From sequence record SRR20825006_1155: 50,418 bases of DNA. One strand, given 5' to 3'. The notes under the pieces are model-generated. The model saw only the letters and a list, made by a program, of their open reading frames with translations, searched no databases and was not told where the DNA came from. Of the stretch, positions 18,094-27,996 are shown piece after piece; position 1 is the stretch's first letter, and every line of letters starts with the position of its first letter. The translations under genes were made by a program, and so were the position numbers.

Positions 18094-19452
18094 ATGAGCC
18101 GCCTTCAACGATTGCGCGCCGTCGCACTCATCCCCGCCCTCCTTTCCACCGGCTTCGCCTCGTTCGCGAGTGTTGATGAAGCGGTCGCGAAAGAGGATCG
18201 AGAAACGATCGTTCGCAATGATCGTGAACGTGTCCTGGCGACCGGTTACTGGATCTACAACGATCTGAATGCCGCTTACGAACAAGCCCGCCAAACCGGC
18301 AAGCCGATCCTGGTCGTCTTGCGCTGCTTGCCCTGCGAAGAATGCGTCAAGTTGGACGATGACTTGGTCGAAAGCGACCCGGAACTGAAGCGTCTGCTCG
18401 ATCAGTACATTCGCGTTCGTGTTGTCGGCACCAACGGACTGGACCTGAACGTTTTCCAATATGACACGGACCAGTCCTTCGCGGTTTTCATGCTCAATGC
18501 TGACAAAACAGTCTACGGCCGCTTTGGGACGCGGTCGCACCGCACCGAATGGCTGGGTGATGTTTCTTTGGAAGGAATGGCAGCGGCGCTTCGAGAGAGC
18601 TTGAAACTGCACAAAGCCTATCCTGCCAATCGTGAATCACTGGCGGGCAAAACCGGTGCCCCATTGGAATTCGCTTCGCCGGAAAAGTACCCCACACTGA
18701 CAGACCGCCCCGACCATCTCGACTATTCAGGTCAAGTCACGAAGAGCTGCATCCATTGCCATCAAATTGGCGAAGCCCGGCGTGACTACTACTGGCAAAA
18801 AGACCAATCGATCCCCGAAGAGGTTTTGCACCCTTACCCGCACCCGAAATCGATTGGGTTGGTGCTCGACGCAAGATTCCCTGCTCGAGTGAAAAGCGTT
18901 GCCAAGGATTCCGCCGCCGCAAAAGCCGGTTTTCAGGTGGGCGATGATTTACTGAGCATCCAATCACAACCGCTGGTATCGATGGCAGACGTGCAGTGGG
19001 CATTGAATCAAATTCCTGCCAAAGGCGCCGAGGTGGACGTTCAAACCAAACGCGGCGACCAAACGCAGTCCATCACGTTGTCGTTGCCCGAAGGCTGGCG
19101 GCGATGGGACGATCCGTCGTGGCGAGTATCATCCTGGATGATGCGGCGGATCGCCGGTGGGGGAATGCGTTTACTCCCTCTGGACGAAAGTGAGCGTCAG
19201 AAACTAGATTTGCGATCGCCGATGGCACTTCGAGTCGCCAACGTCGGCAAGTACGGGCTCCACGCGACCGCTCACAAAGCCGGCGTGCGGGTGGACGACA
19301 TCTTGATCGAGTTCGACGGCCAATCGGATTTGATTCGCGAAGCGGATGTCTTTGATCACGTCAACGAGAAGTTTCGCCCGGGCGATCGAGTCCAGATGAA
19401 GTTCCTTCGCAATGGCCGCGAACGAACAGTCGAAATTCCAATCCAGAAGTGA
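18094..19452 (+). CDS. Exported thioredoxin-like / PDZ-domain protein with a CxxCH motif
   Basis: Signal-like N-terminus. Thioredoxin_7-like WIYNDL...A...GKPILVVLRCLPCEEC. CIHCH at 18748-18762. Two PDZ-like segments (SAAAKAGFQVGDDL, AHKAGVRVDDIL). Confidence 0.85.
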   Translation: MSRLQRLRAVALIPALLSTGFASFASVDEAVAKEDRETIVRNDRERVLATGYWIYNDLNAAYEQARQTGKPILVVLRCLPCEECVKLDDDLVESDPELKRLLDQYIRVRVVGTNGLDLNVFQYDTDQSFAVFMLNADKTVYGRFGTRSHRTEWLGDVSLEGMAAALRESLKLHKAYPANRESLAGKTGAPLEFASPEKYPTLTDRPDHLDYSGQVTKSCIHCHQIGEARRDYYWQKDQSIPEEVLHPYPHPKSIGLVLDARFPARVKSVAKDSAAAKAGFQVGDDLLSIQSQPLVSMADVQWALNQIPAKGAEVDVQTKRGDQTQSITLSLPEGWRRWDDPSWRVSSWMMRRIAGGGMRLLPLDESERQKLDLRSPMALRVANVGKYGLHATAHKAGVRVDDILIEFDGQSDLIREADVFDHVNEKFRPGDRVQMKFLRNGRERTVEIPIQK

Positions 19453-19486
19453 CCCGATCGATCCCATCGGGCCAACCACCTGCCCC

Positions 19487-19513
19487 GCGGCACGGACGCC
19501 GCTTTTTTATTTT
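19487..19513 (+). terminator. Probable intrinsic terminator
   Basis: GCGGC-acggac-GCCGC hairpin followed by TTTTTTATTTT, 35 bp after the stop codon. Confidence 0.6.
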
Positions 19514-20085
19514 CTCTCGGCAGTCGCAGACGCTTACCTTCGGTTTGTGACTGCCCTGAATCAAGCAAGACGGTGCGTTCCGCTACAAACTCGCGCTCCG
19601 TCGCCCTTGAATCTGAAAGGCCGGTCTTTTCTCTCGCCGTGACAACTGCAACCGAACTGGCATCGCAGGCTGCTGATTGCTGCAAATGACTCTTGATCGA
19701 CATCGATTAAGGAGCGACTGACATCCGTTCCTGCCGGGTTACTTTCCGACATGTCCGCAGCATCGACACTGTGCTGATTTGCTTGCATTGATCGCAGGAA
19801 CGCCCACCGTGGTTGGAAACTGCTGCCAAAGACTGCAAGACGGAACCGAAGACGAACAATGATTCGGTTCATCTCGCTCGAAATGCATGCCCCATCCAGC
19901 CGGGCTGCTTGCAATGCTAGCAAACGACGCGCGGGTGCACTTCGACTCGCGCCAGCCGAGGAAAATGACGTCCATCGGCGCCGGCCCGTCGCAGAAATGG
20001 AAGTCAATCTTGTGCTGCCGATCGCTCCCTGAGTAGATTCCGAGATTGCTTAGCAAAATCTTCAGTCAGCAAAAACTACGATCAC

Positions 20086-21999
20086 ATGAACCACTCAGCT
20101 TCGCGTCGGAAGGTGGACGACCTATTCAGTGCAACGGCACATCGTGCACGCAAGTTGAGTCGTCGCCTCAGTCTCAAAAGACTCGCACGAAACGTCTGGC
20201 CTTCAAAACGTAGAAAAGGTGTCCGACGGTTCGCGGATCCTTCGCTTGGTCGCCAGGGATTGTTCCAAGCCCTGAACGACCGCAACGTCAATTATGTCGT
20301 CTTGCGTTGGTTCGAAAATGTACCCGAATGGCCCGAAGGGGAAGACATCGATCTGTTGATTGATGTCGCTGACCTGCACTTGGTGGATGATCTATTTGTC
20401 ACCAATAGCCGAGAAATCCCTTGCGACGTCTACGGCACTGGACCAGCCAAAAACGCATGTTGGAAAGGTTTGTCGTACTATCCTCCCTACCTTGCTGAAG
20501 AGATCATCCAATCTCGAACCTTCCACCGGGACCTCTGCTACATCCCGAACGAAGAACATTACTTCTTATCGCTGGCGTACCATGCGCTCTACCACAAGGG
20601 CAACGCATCGGGTTTGCCGTGGGACGACAATGAGGCAACTCAGCGACAGGGCAAACAAAACAGCGACCACGACTACGCTGACCGCTTGCGGGCAGCCGCC
20701 CCAGCAAAGTTCCAAAACACATCAATGACGATGGAAGGTTTGGAGCGCCTGTTGACGAGCGAATCTTGGAATCCACCGGTGGATACATTGCGACGATATG
20801 CGTCACTCCGTCCGGAACTGGCCCAATTCCTTCCACCTGCGATCGACAATCAACACGGCGAACTCATCGTTGTGCTGTTTCGACAATCCGCAGTCGACAA
20901 CCAGATTTTGGACGAGGCCATTTCACTATTCCGTCAAAAGCATCGCCTAGAAGTCATTGGCCAACATGAGCTTTCCGCTAAAGCTGCCCAGCTGGCTTCA
21001 AAACACATCCGAGGCGGGAACTGGGATGAAGGCCCGTTCCCTCAGTCCGGTGGATTACCTGCCGTTGCATTGGCGTTGTTTGATTTTCACCCAATCGAAC
21101 CCACGCCCGCTGAAAAGGAACAGTACCCCTACATACAAAACCGTCGTGTACTGTTCAAAAAGGAAATCCGACGACTGCTTAACAAGCGATTGCCCAAAAC
21201 GCAGTGGAGCAATTGCGTGCATTCTAGCGATGACGAACTCGAAGGTCTGGAATACCTTGAAATCATCGACTCGTCGTTTCACACAGAAGTACAAACTCAC
21301 GTCGACCACTTGCGTCGCAGCTACAAAACACCTGAACCAGTCATTCGATCGCTTCGCAAACCCGCCAACCGTTCGAAAACGGAACTCATCCAGTGGAACG
21401 GGCAAGAAGCCGTCCGAAAAACATTTCGTCCTAGTTTCAAACGATTCTGTGATCGCGAAATATTCATCTACCAAACCTTGGGACCTCGATTATCCACGGT
21501 CCCGGAAGTACTGGAATTCAGCGACTACAGCTTCGTGCTTCCAAAGTATGAAAATTGCTTGGCCAACTTGTCTCTTCGCAAACAAGGCAAACTGCTGAAA
21601 CCTTACGCGAGCCAAGTTCTCGAATTGCTTCGAGCAACATTCGCGTTGAAACGCGTCATCATCGATTTCCATCCAGGCAATTTGATCCTCACACCAGGAG
21701 GCGACCTCCATTTCGTCGACTTTGAATTCACTCAGCCTCTTTCGGATTGGCCAAACTCATTCATGCAGTCGCCGGACCTCGTCGGTTTGCCATCCGGTTT
21801 CTCCGGGGACCGTCCCAGCAATTTGCCGCAGAACGGTTACACCTATGACGATTTCTGGAAGCCCATCTTCCAGTGCAGCTTAGAGACGCTCATCAAGCAA
21901 TGCGGAATTGACACTTCACCCGCTGTCATGGAGAAATTGTCGATCACTGATTTCAAGTCAGGCGAGCAATCCACTTCATCGCTCCGCGAAGCCGGCTAG
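20086..21999 (+). CDS. Hypothetical multidomain enzyme: nucleotidyltransferase-like + NDP-kinase-like + APH/choline-kinase-like
   Basis: 637-aa ORF with YVVLRW...GEDIDLLID, then IVVLFRQSAV...NCVHSSDD, then DFHPGNLIL...FVDFEF. Domain calls are by eye. Confidence 0.7.
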   Translation: MNHSASRRKVDDLFSATAHRARKLSRRLSLKRLARNVWPSKRRKGVRRFADPSLGRQGLFQALNDRNVNYVVLRWFENVPEWPEGEDIDLLIDVADLHLVDDLFVTNSREIPCDVYGTGPAKNACWKGLSYYPPYLAEEIIQSRTFHRDLCYIPNEEHYFLSLAYHALYHKGNASGLPWDDNEATQRQGKQNSDHDYADRLRAAAPAKFQNTSMTMEGLERLLTSESWNPPVDTLRRYASLRPELAQFLPPAIDNQHGELIVVLFRQSAVDNQILDEAISLFRQKHRLEVIGQHELSAKAAQLASKHIRGGNWDEGPFPQSGGLPAVALALFDFHPIEPTPAEKEQYPYIQNRRVLFKKEIRRLLNKRLPKTQWSNCVHSSDDELEGLEYLEIIDSSFHTEVQTHVDHLRRSYKTPEPVIRSLRKPANRSKTELIQWNGQEAVRKTFRPSFKRFCDREIFIYQTLGPRLSTVPEVLEFSDYSFVLPKYENCLANLSLRKQGKLLKPYASQVLELLRATFALKRVIIDFHPGNLILTPGGDLHFVDFEFTQPLSDWPNSFMQSPDLVGLPSGFSGDRPSNLPQNGYTYDDFWKPIFQCSLETLIKQCGIDTSPAVMEKLSITDFKSGEQSTSSLREAG

Positions 22000-22291
22000 A
22001 GTCATTCTGACTCCAACGCCCACCTGAGAAAGAGATGTTCCGATCGAGGTTGAGCCGGCGGAACACTCTTGGCCCGTGTTCCGTCATATCAACGACGCCA
22101 CAACATTCGAAAACAGGCCATCTCGACCAAGGCACGCGAGACGGTCCATTTCACATCGTCTCGCGAGCGTTTTTAAAACTGATGTCAAGTTGGTTAAGAA
22201 TAGATAAAACGGCAAAGCCTACATTGCTACTCAGATGGGACAGTCCTACGATTCGCGTAGCAACAAATCCCTCTGACTGAATCGGTCCCAA

Positions 22292-23266
22292 ATGATTAGC
22301 AAGTGCAATGTTGGCACGACGCTCCAGCCAACGTTGGCCACGCTGGAAACAAGCTTTTCTCCAGAGTGTCCTCCACTCCAAAAATCCAATCTGACCACCC
22401 CTGCCAATCCCTCAGCCCCCTCCCCTGCACTTTCCTATTCCGAAAAAGAATCGGCAGGACGACGGTTAGTGCGACTACCTAAGGCGATCCTCCAGAAGCT
22501 GACTGGTGGAAGAATCGCTCAGGCGTGCTTGAATCGGAATGCAATCATTTCTCAAAGAATGATGGGCATCGGAGCAGGTGCTGGAGTACTAAACAGTGGG
22601 GAGGCCGCGGTATTCCCATTGCTACCCCGACAATCGCGTGAACCTTTGGTCGTATTCGACGTGGGTTCGAATCGCGGACAGTTTTTGAACCTGGCACGTA
22701 AATCTTTGGCAGGCAGAGACTTCCACATCCATTGCTTTGAACCTGGCCAGAAAACTTTTGAATCACTTTCAAGTCAGGCGACTGATTCGAGGGTCACTCT
22801 CAACAACGTCGCGGTGGGAAATTGCGAAGAATCTCGCACACTGTATTACGACCGATGCGGGTCGGGCATGGCGTCACTGACCAAGCGGGAACTCAAACAT
22901 CGAGGCATCCAGTTTGACCAATTCGAAGAAGTCTCTGTAACCACGATTGACCGCTACTGCGAAACGCACGGCATCGAAGGCATTGACTTGCTCAAATTGG
23001 ACATTGAGGGGCATGAGTTAGATGCACTCAAGGGAGCCGAAAAAACATTCAGCCAGAACGCGATCCGGTTGGTCACGTTTGAAATGGGCGGTTGCAACAT
23101 CGACACGCGAACTTTCTTCCGCGATTTCTGGAACTTCTTCACGGATCAGAAAATGACGTTGCATCGAATCACTCCATCCGGGAGCCTGATTGAAATTCGT
23201 CGTTACAAGGAAACCCACGAACAGTTTCGCACCACGAACTTCGTTGCCATTCGCCAAGATCGTTGA
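22292..23266 (+). CDS. FkbM-family SAM-dependent methyltransferase
   Basis: VFDVGSNRG, HCFEP, IDLLKLDIEGHE and VTFE motifs. True start probably downstream of 22292. Confidence 0.92.
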   Translation: MISKCNVGTTLQPTLATLETSFSPECPPLQKSNLTTPANPSAPSPALSYSEKESAGRRLVRLPKAILQKLTGGRIAQACLNRNAIISQRMMGIGAGAGVLNSGEAAVFPLLPRQSREPLVVFDVGSNRGQFLNLARKSLAGRDFHIHCFEPGQKTFESLSSQATDSRVTLNNVAVGNCEESRTLYYDRCGSGMASLTKRELKHRGIQFDQFEEVSVTTIDRYCETHGIEGIDLLKLDIEGHELDALKGAEKTFSQNAIRLVTFEMGGCNIDTRTFFRDFWNFFTDQKMTLHRITPSGSLIEIRRYKETHEQFRTTNFVAIRQDR

Positions 23267-23393
23267 AACGCGAGCGATCCAAGCTTGGCGAGTCCTTCAA
23301 AAATGTCGAGTCAATCTTGCCGTCTGACTCGACAATTCGGTACGAACGAGTGTTCCACTACCTCGCCAGGGGCGCTCAGCGGATCGAAACAGC

Positions 23394-24227
23394 ATGGCAA
23401 TACCGACGAAACCTCGAATCAGCGTGATCATCACGACATTCAATGCCCCGGACGAGCTCTGGCTTGTACTGGTTGGCTACCAGATGCAGACAGAACGTGA
23501 TTTCGAGATTCTGATCGCTGACGATGGATCCGATTCGAGAACGGCCGCCGTAGTCGAACGGTTCCGAAACTCTTGCGACATCGAAACCCATCATGTCTGG
23601 CATGAGAACGATGGCTTTCGCAAATGTGAAATCCTCAATCGCGCCATTGAGCAGGCCAATAGTGACTACCTGCTCTTCACCGACGGTGATTGCATCCCCA
23701 GACCAGATTTTCTTGCAGTCCATCTGCGTGAAGCTGAACCAAAACGATTTCTTTCAGGCACCTACAACAATTTGCCGGAATCGTTCAAAGGGTTGATTAC
23801 CGAAGCCAATGTTCGGTCCGGTCTCGCATTCCGCCTCAAATGGCTTCGCACGAATGGCCTCCCGTTCAGTTCGAAGTGTCTCCGCCTGGTACGCAACAAG
23901 ACCTTCACTTCGGTTATGAACCGCCTCACCACAACCCGGCCAACCTGGAATGGGTGCAACGTATCAGGCTGGAAGTCAGATATCGAAGCTGTCAACGGAT
24001 ACGATGAACGAATGCGTTACGGAGGCCTGGATCGCGAAATCGGCTTGCGGATGAACAACCGAGGAATTCGCGGGAAGCAGATTCGATTCAAAGCCATTTG
24101 CTTGCACGTCGACCACCCGCGGGGTTACATGAATGACGAAGATCTTCAAAGAAACCTGTCTATTCGCAATGACACGATCCGCAGCAAGCTGACGCGAACA
24201 CCCTATGGCATTCGGCGAGCCGCGTAA
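23394..24227 (+). CDS. Glycosyltransferase family 2 (with a Glyco_transf_7C-like C-terminus)
   Basis: ISVIITTFN, IADDGSD, FTDGDC and NGYDERMRYGGLDRE motifs. Confidence 0.93.
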   Translation: MAIPTKPRISVIITTFNAPDELWLVLVGYQMQTERDFEILIADDGSDSRTAAVVERFRNSCDIETHHVWHENDGFRKCEILNRAIEQANSDYLLFTDGDCIPRPDFLAVHLREAEPKRFLSGTYNNLPESFKGLITEANVRSGLAFRLKWLRTNGLPFSSKCLRLVRNKTFTSVMNRLTTTRPTWNGCNVSGWKSDIEAVNGYDERMRYGGLDREIGLRMNNRGIRGKQIRFKAICLHVDHPRGYMNDEDLQRNLSIRNDTIRSKLTRTPYGIRRAA

Positions 24228-25177
24228 TGGCGACTTCAGTTCACCCCCATCTTTCCAATGAGAAGCAGCCCCTCGACTCCAAGGCAAGCGATCGAGATTG
24301 CACGACGACAGAAGCAAGTGCATCGGACAAAACTTGTACGATATCGATCAGTGGCGGGCTCGGCAATCAAATGCTGCAGTACGCGGCGGGCCGAGCACTT
24401 TCGATTCACCATGACTGCCCGCTTCAACTCGACTTGAAATTCTATTCCAGCAAGCGGCATCGATCCTATGAGCTCGATGCGTTCCCGATTCAAGCACATC
24501 GATCGATCAAGCCTAGTTTCTTCAGCCAGATCCTAAGCAAGATCCAAAGCGAATCGAAACACGTCCCAACCTATCAAGAACAATCGAAACGGTTTGATCC
24601 GGCTTTCTTCAACACGGAACCGCCGGTCAAGATTCGCGGCTATTTCTTCTCGGAGAAATACTTCTCGCCATACGCCGATCAGATTCGGACTGAATTGACG
24701 CCTCCCATTCCACCGGACCAACCCGCTCGCGACATGGCGATTCGGCTGAAGGAATGCGTGTCGACTTCTCTGCATGTCCGCCGAGGCGACTACGTAACCA
24801 ATGCAAACGCACGGCAGCGATTTTGGAGCTGCACCAGCGAATACTTCGAAGCCGCGATAGAGCGACTCCCCACAGACTCGACTGTATTTGTCTTCTCCGA
24901 TGACATCGAATGGGCCAAGCAAAACATTCGTTCATCTCGGACGACCATATATGTCAACGATGAACTGAAGCAGGCCGGCTCTCCGGAAACGGGTTTGAGA
25001 GACTTGTGGCTGATGACCCACGCAAAGTCTCACATCATCGCAAATTCTTCATTCAGTTGGTGGGGTGCGTGGCTCGCAAACTCTGAAGCGAACTTGACGA
25101 TAGCCCCTAAAAAGTGGTTTAACGACCCTGAGATTGATGACTCCGACATTGTCCCATCAAGTTGGCATCGAATTTAA
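24227..25177 (+). CDS. Glycosyltransferase family 11 (alpha-1,2-fucosyltransferase-like)
   Basis: GGLGNQM, LHVRRGDY, FSDDIEW and NSSFSWWGAWL motifs. The start overlaps the GT2 stop (TAATG). Confidence 0.95.
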   Translation: MATSVHPHLSNEKQPLDSKASDRDCTTTEASASDKTCTISISGGLGNQMLQYAAGRALSIHHDCPLQLDLKFYSSKRHRSYELDAFPIQAHRSIKPSFFSQILSKIQSESKHVPTYQEQSKRFDPAFFNTEPPVKIRGYFFSEKYFSPYADQIRTELTPPIPPDQPARDMAIRLKECVSTSLHVRRGDYVTNANARQRFWSCTSEYFEAAIERLPTDSTVFVFSDDIEWAKQNIRSSRTTIYVNDELKQAGSPETGLRDLWLMTHAKSHIIANSSFSWWGAWLANSEANLTIAPKKWFNDPEIDDSDIVPSSWHRI

Positions 25178-25242
25178 GCGGCTACCGCAATGAAGACATC
25201 CAACTCCGGCACGTGCTTTTTCTCACGATCGGTCTGAAATAA

Positions 25243-25938
25243 ATGTTCAACTACCTGTTAAAATATGCCCGCCGCAAAACGGACCCGATTTCGCTGCTTC
25301 AACAGCTAACAAAGGGTAGCAGCGAATATCGCACTCTCGTTCACGTTGGTGCTCACCTGGGCCAAGAACGAACAAACTATGAATCCAAAGGCTATCAGAA
25401 GATACTTTGGATCGAAGGTTCTGAAGAAATACACGCAAAGCTGGCTGACTCACTTCGCCAACACGACGGCCCTGCTGAACACAGCACCGCATGTGCCTTG
25501 CTGAGCGATCGCGATGGAGAGGAAATTGGCCTTCGATGTTTTAGCAATAACGGCATGTCGAATTCCATCTTTGCCCCTGCGGAACAGCTAACGAGTCGGT
25601 GGCCTACGGTAAAAGAAACCGGCGAAATCGAGATGCAACGCTCCGTCAGCCTCGATCGCCTTTTGGCGAATACTCCATTCGCCAACGACTGCGACGTTTT
25701 AGTTGTGGATGTCCAAGGTGCCGAACTACTCGTCCTCAAAGGCGGACTAACGACACTGAGTCGCGTCAAAGCGGTTGTCTGTGAAGTATCCACCGTGCCC
25801 TATTACGAGGGTGGCGTGCTGTTCAAAGAGTTGAACCAGTTCATGGAATCCCATGGATTCCATGCAATGTCCACGCCTCGTCGTCATGGCGACATGCTCT
25901 TCATGCCAAAAGCGGCTCAAAGCAAACTAGCTGCTTAG
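25243..25938 (+). CDS. FkbM-family methyltransferase
   Basis: VHVGAHLGQE, WIEG, VVDVQGAELLVLKG and CEVS...YEG motifs. Confidence 0.9.
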   Translation: MFNYLLKYARRKTDPISLLQQLTKGSSEYRTLVHVGAHLGQERTNYESKGYQKILWIEGSEEIHAKLADSLRQHDGPAEHSTACALLSDRDGEEIGLRCFSNNGMSNSIFAPAEQLTSRWPTVKETGEIEMQRSVSLDRLLANTPFANDCDVLVVDVQGAELLVLKGGLTTLSRVKAVVCEVSTVPYYEGGVLFKELNQFMESHGFHAMSTPRRHGDMLFMPKAAQSKLAA

Positions 25939-25992
25939 CATCGCAACTTCACCTCATATACGCCCTCAGCTACTCGATCTCGGAACACTCCC

Positions 25993-26796
25993 ATGGCGAA
26001 TCAAATCAAACAGCTAAAACAGACCTGGCGGCTTTGCAGCTCGGTGGCAAACGCTTTCAAAGGCAAGATTCGCACGACACTCGGCATTCGCAAGCCAACC
26101 AAGACATGCCAGATCCCCGAACTCAAACGCATTGTCGACGAAACGTTTCCCGAAGACGAACGCGGTGTGTTTGTAGAAGTTGGTGCATATGACGGCGAAC
26201 GATTCTCCAACACATCATGGCTTGCTGATGCCGGATGGCGGGGTTTGTATGTCGAACCGTCAAAACAATTTTCACGGTGGTGCCGCCTCCGTCATATGCT
26301 CAACCGAGTGACGGTCCTCAATGTTGCCGCAGGAAACGAGAACACCAGCGCGACGCTTCAGCAAATCGGATCGCTCAGCACCATGAGCCAAGCGACGTTC
26401 GAAGAGTACGATCGAATCGATTGGGCTAAGCAACAAATCGCCAAAGAGTGCAAGCAACAGCAAACAGAAGTTCTCAAACTCGACAAGATCCTTGCAGACC
26501 AAAAGATCCCAGAGGCATTTGATGTTCTCGTCGTTGATGTTGAAGGTTACGAAGAGAACGTCTTTTCTGGCTTCTCCCTCGCCCAATGGAAACCGAAGCT
26601 GATCATCGTCGAACTGTGCGACATCCACCCAGATTTCCAAGACAACTTGGAACTCGTCGAGTCAGCGGGCCGTGTTCGCCAAACGATTCTGGCGGCAGGG
26701 TATCGAGAAAAATACAGCGACAGTATCAACACGGTCTTTGAAGTTGACGCTGCGTCGTCGTGCAGCGAATCAAAAGACAGCCGAATCGCAGCCTAG
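25993..26796 (+). CDS. FkbM-family methyltransferase
   Basis: FVEVGAYDG..SNT, GWRGLYVEP, VVDVEGYE and PKLIIVE motifs. Confidence 0.92.
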   Translation: MANQIKQLKQTWRLCSSVANAFKGKIRTTLGIRKPTKTCQIPELKRIVDETFPEDERGVFVEVGAYDGERFSNTSWLADAGWRGLYVEPSKQFSRWCRLRHMLNRVTVLNVAAGNENTSATLQQIGSLSTMSQATFEEYDRIDWAKQQIAKECKQQQTEVLKLDKILADQKIPEAFDVLVVDVEGYEENVFSGFSLAQWKPKLIIVELCDIHPDFQDNLELVESAGRVRQTILAAGYREKYSDSINTVFEVDAASSCSESKDSRIAA

Positions 26797-26906
26797 CAAG
26801 GCTTGGCGAGTCGACCTGAACCGATGTCCGAATACAGGCGGCACACTCTTTTCGGACATTGGGACCAAACAGCAGGCTCTCTACAAGGCGTCTGCTTTGC
26901 TCAACC

Positions 26907-27887
26907 TCAGCTGGTGACGAGATCCCAGTTGGCTGAGGCTTTAACTGCTTCGGTGATCGAGACGTCTGCGAAGCTACTTAGAATCGCTGCGTCACGAGCG
27001 TTCTGAAGACGATCCTTTGTCGAGACGATTGCTTTGAAGCGTCGCCAAACCGACGGGGATACTGAACGTTGCAACTCTGCAACACGTAAAGTCGATGCTC
27101 GATCCGACTCAACCGTCTTCAATCGCTTTGCGTAGCGGCTGTTCGGATTTTGGTCAAGCTCGTAGTTCCCAAAGCCATGGTCTGGCTTTAGGTACTTCAA
27201 ATGCCAGTAAAGGAAGCCGACGAACTTGCGAGGCAGGTTTCCACGATGAAAACGTTCGAAGCGACGATCGTGTGTGAAATAGGTTTCCTCGCTAACCGGA
27301 AAGAAACCAATATCGCCCCCACCCGAAATTGAATCATCCAAGGGCACCGACAAATCGCCGTTCTCATTCAACAGAAGATTGGGTCCGGAGAAACAATGCA
27401 TTTCATTGAACGCCGAACCGAGCATTCGTATCGAGTCCGTCGCTTCTTTTGTTGCTTGTCCAATCGCAAGATGATCGTCATCTAGCTTCGTAGCAACCTG
27501 ATAACGGGTAGCCGCGAGCGAAAAATTGTAATAGTTCACCAAGCTGTTCGGCGAATCACCCGGAGTTTCAATGTGCCCAGTGCTGCCCGGTGGATATACC
27601 CGGTCGGTGTAGTGAATCACCCGCAATTTTTCTTCACCAAACTCCGCCTGCAAGCTTTCTAGTATCTCCACCGAACGATCAGTGCATTGATTGTGCACTG
27701 CAACGATCTCATCAAAGTAGGAGATATGGCTGCGGATCGTTGCTTCCAAAAATGCCTCGCCATTGCGAATTCGCATGAATGCGGAGATCCCCGGCAAACG
27801 GCCAGTGACATTCAAGTGATCTCGTTCGAAACGATAGCCTGAAACGGTCGACCCCAGACTACTTATCGGTGTTTTAGTATCACGCAA
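26907..27887 (-). CDS. GT-A fold glycosyltransferase resembling the Campylobacter CgtA (beta-1,4-GalNAc transferase) family
   Basis: SAFMRIRNGEAFLEATI, HNQCTDRSVEI, LVNYYNF and KLDDDH parallel the CgtA motifs as I recall them (FIRVKNE, YNDCTDGSEEI, LY.YYN, KIDVDH). Confidence 0.75.
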   Translation of the reverse strand: MRDTKTPISSLGSTVSGYRFERDHLNVTGRLPGISAFMRIRNGEAFLEATIRSHISYFDEIVAVHNQCTDRSVEILESLQAEFGEEKLRVIHYTDRVYPPGSTGHIETPGDSPNSLVNYYNFSLAATRYQVATKLDDDHLAIGQATKEATDSIRMLGSAFNEMHCFSGPNLLLNENGDLSVPLDDSISGGGDIGFFPVSEETYFTHDRRFERFHRGNLPRKFVGFLYWHLKYLKPDHGFGNYELDQNPNSRYAKRLKTVESDRASTLRVAELQRSVSPSVWRRFKAIVSTKDRLQNARDAAILSSFADVSITEAVKASANWDLVTS

Positions 27888-27996
27888 ACTTCAATACCGC
27901 ATACATGTTGACGCTGAGAGATGCCATACCGTCGAACAAAGACTTCGCGCCGAATCCGCTGACGATGGTGACCACGTGTGACTAAATAATGAACAA

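Noticed and set aside
17455-18612. 385-aa minus-strand ORF
   Set aside because: It overlaps the better-supported FmdB, Trx/PDZ and nnrE genes and has no motifs.
18094-19452. Selenocysteine recoding in the Trx/PDZ protein
   Set aside because: No in-frame TGA. The redox-motif positions are all TGC Cys codons.
19561-20056. Short minus-strand ORFs (148 and 105 aa) in the gap before the glycan locus
   Set aside because: No motifs, atypical composition and mutually overlapping. Not supportable as genes.
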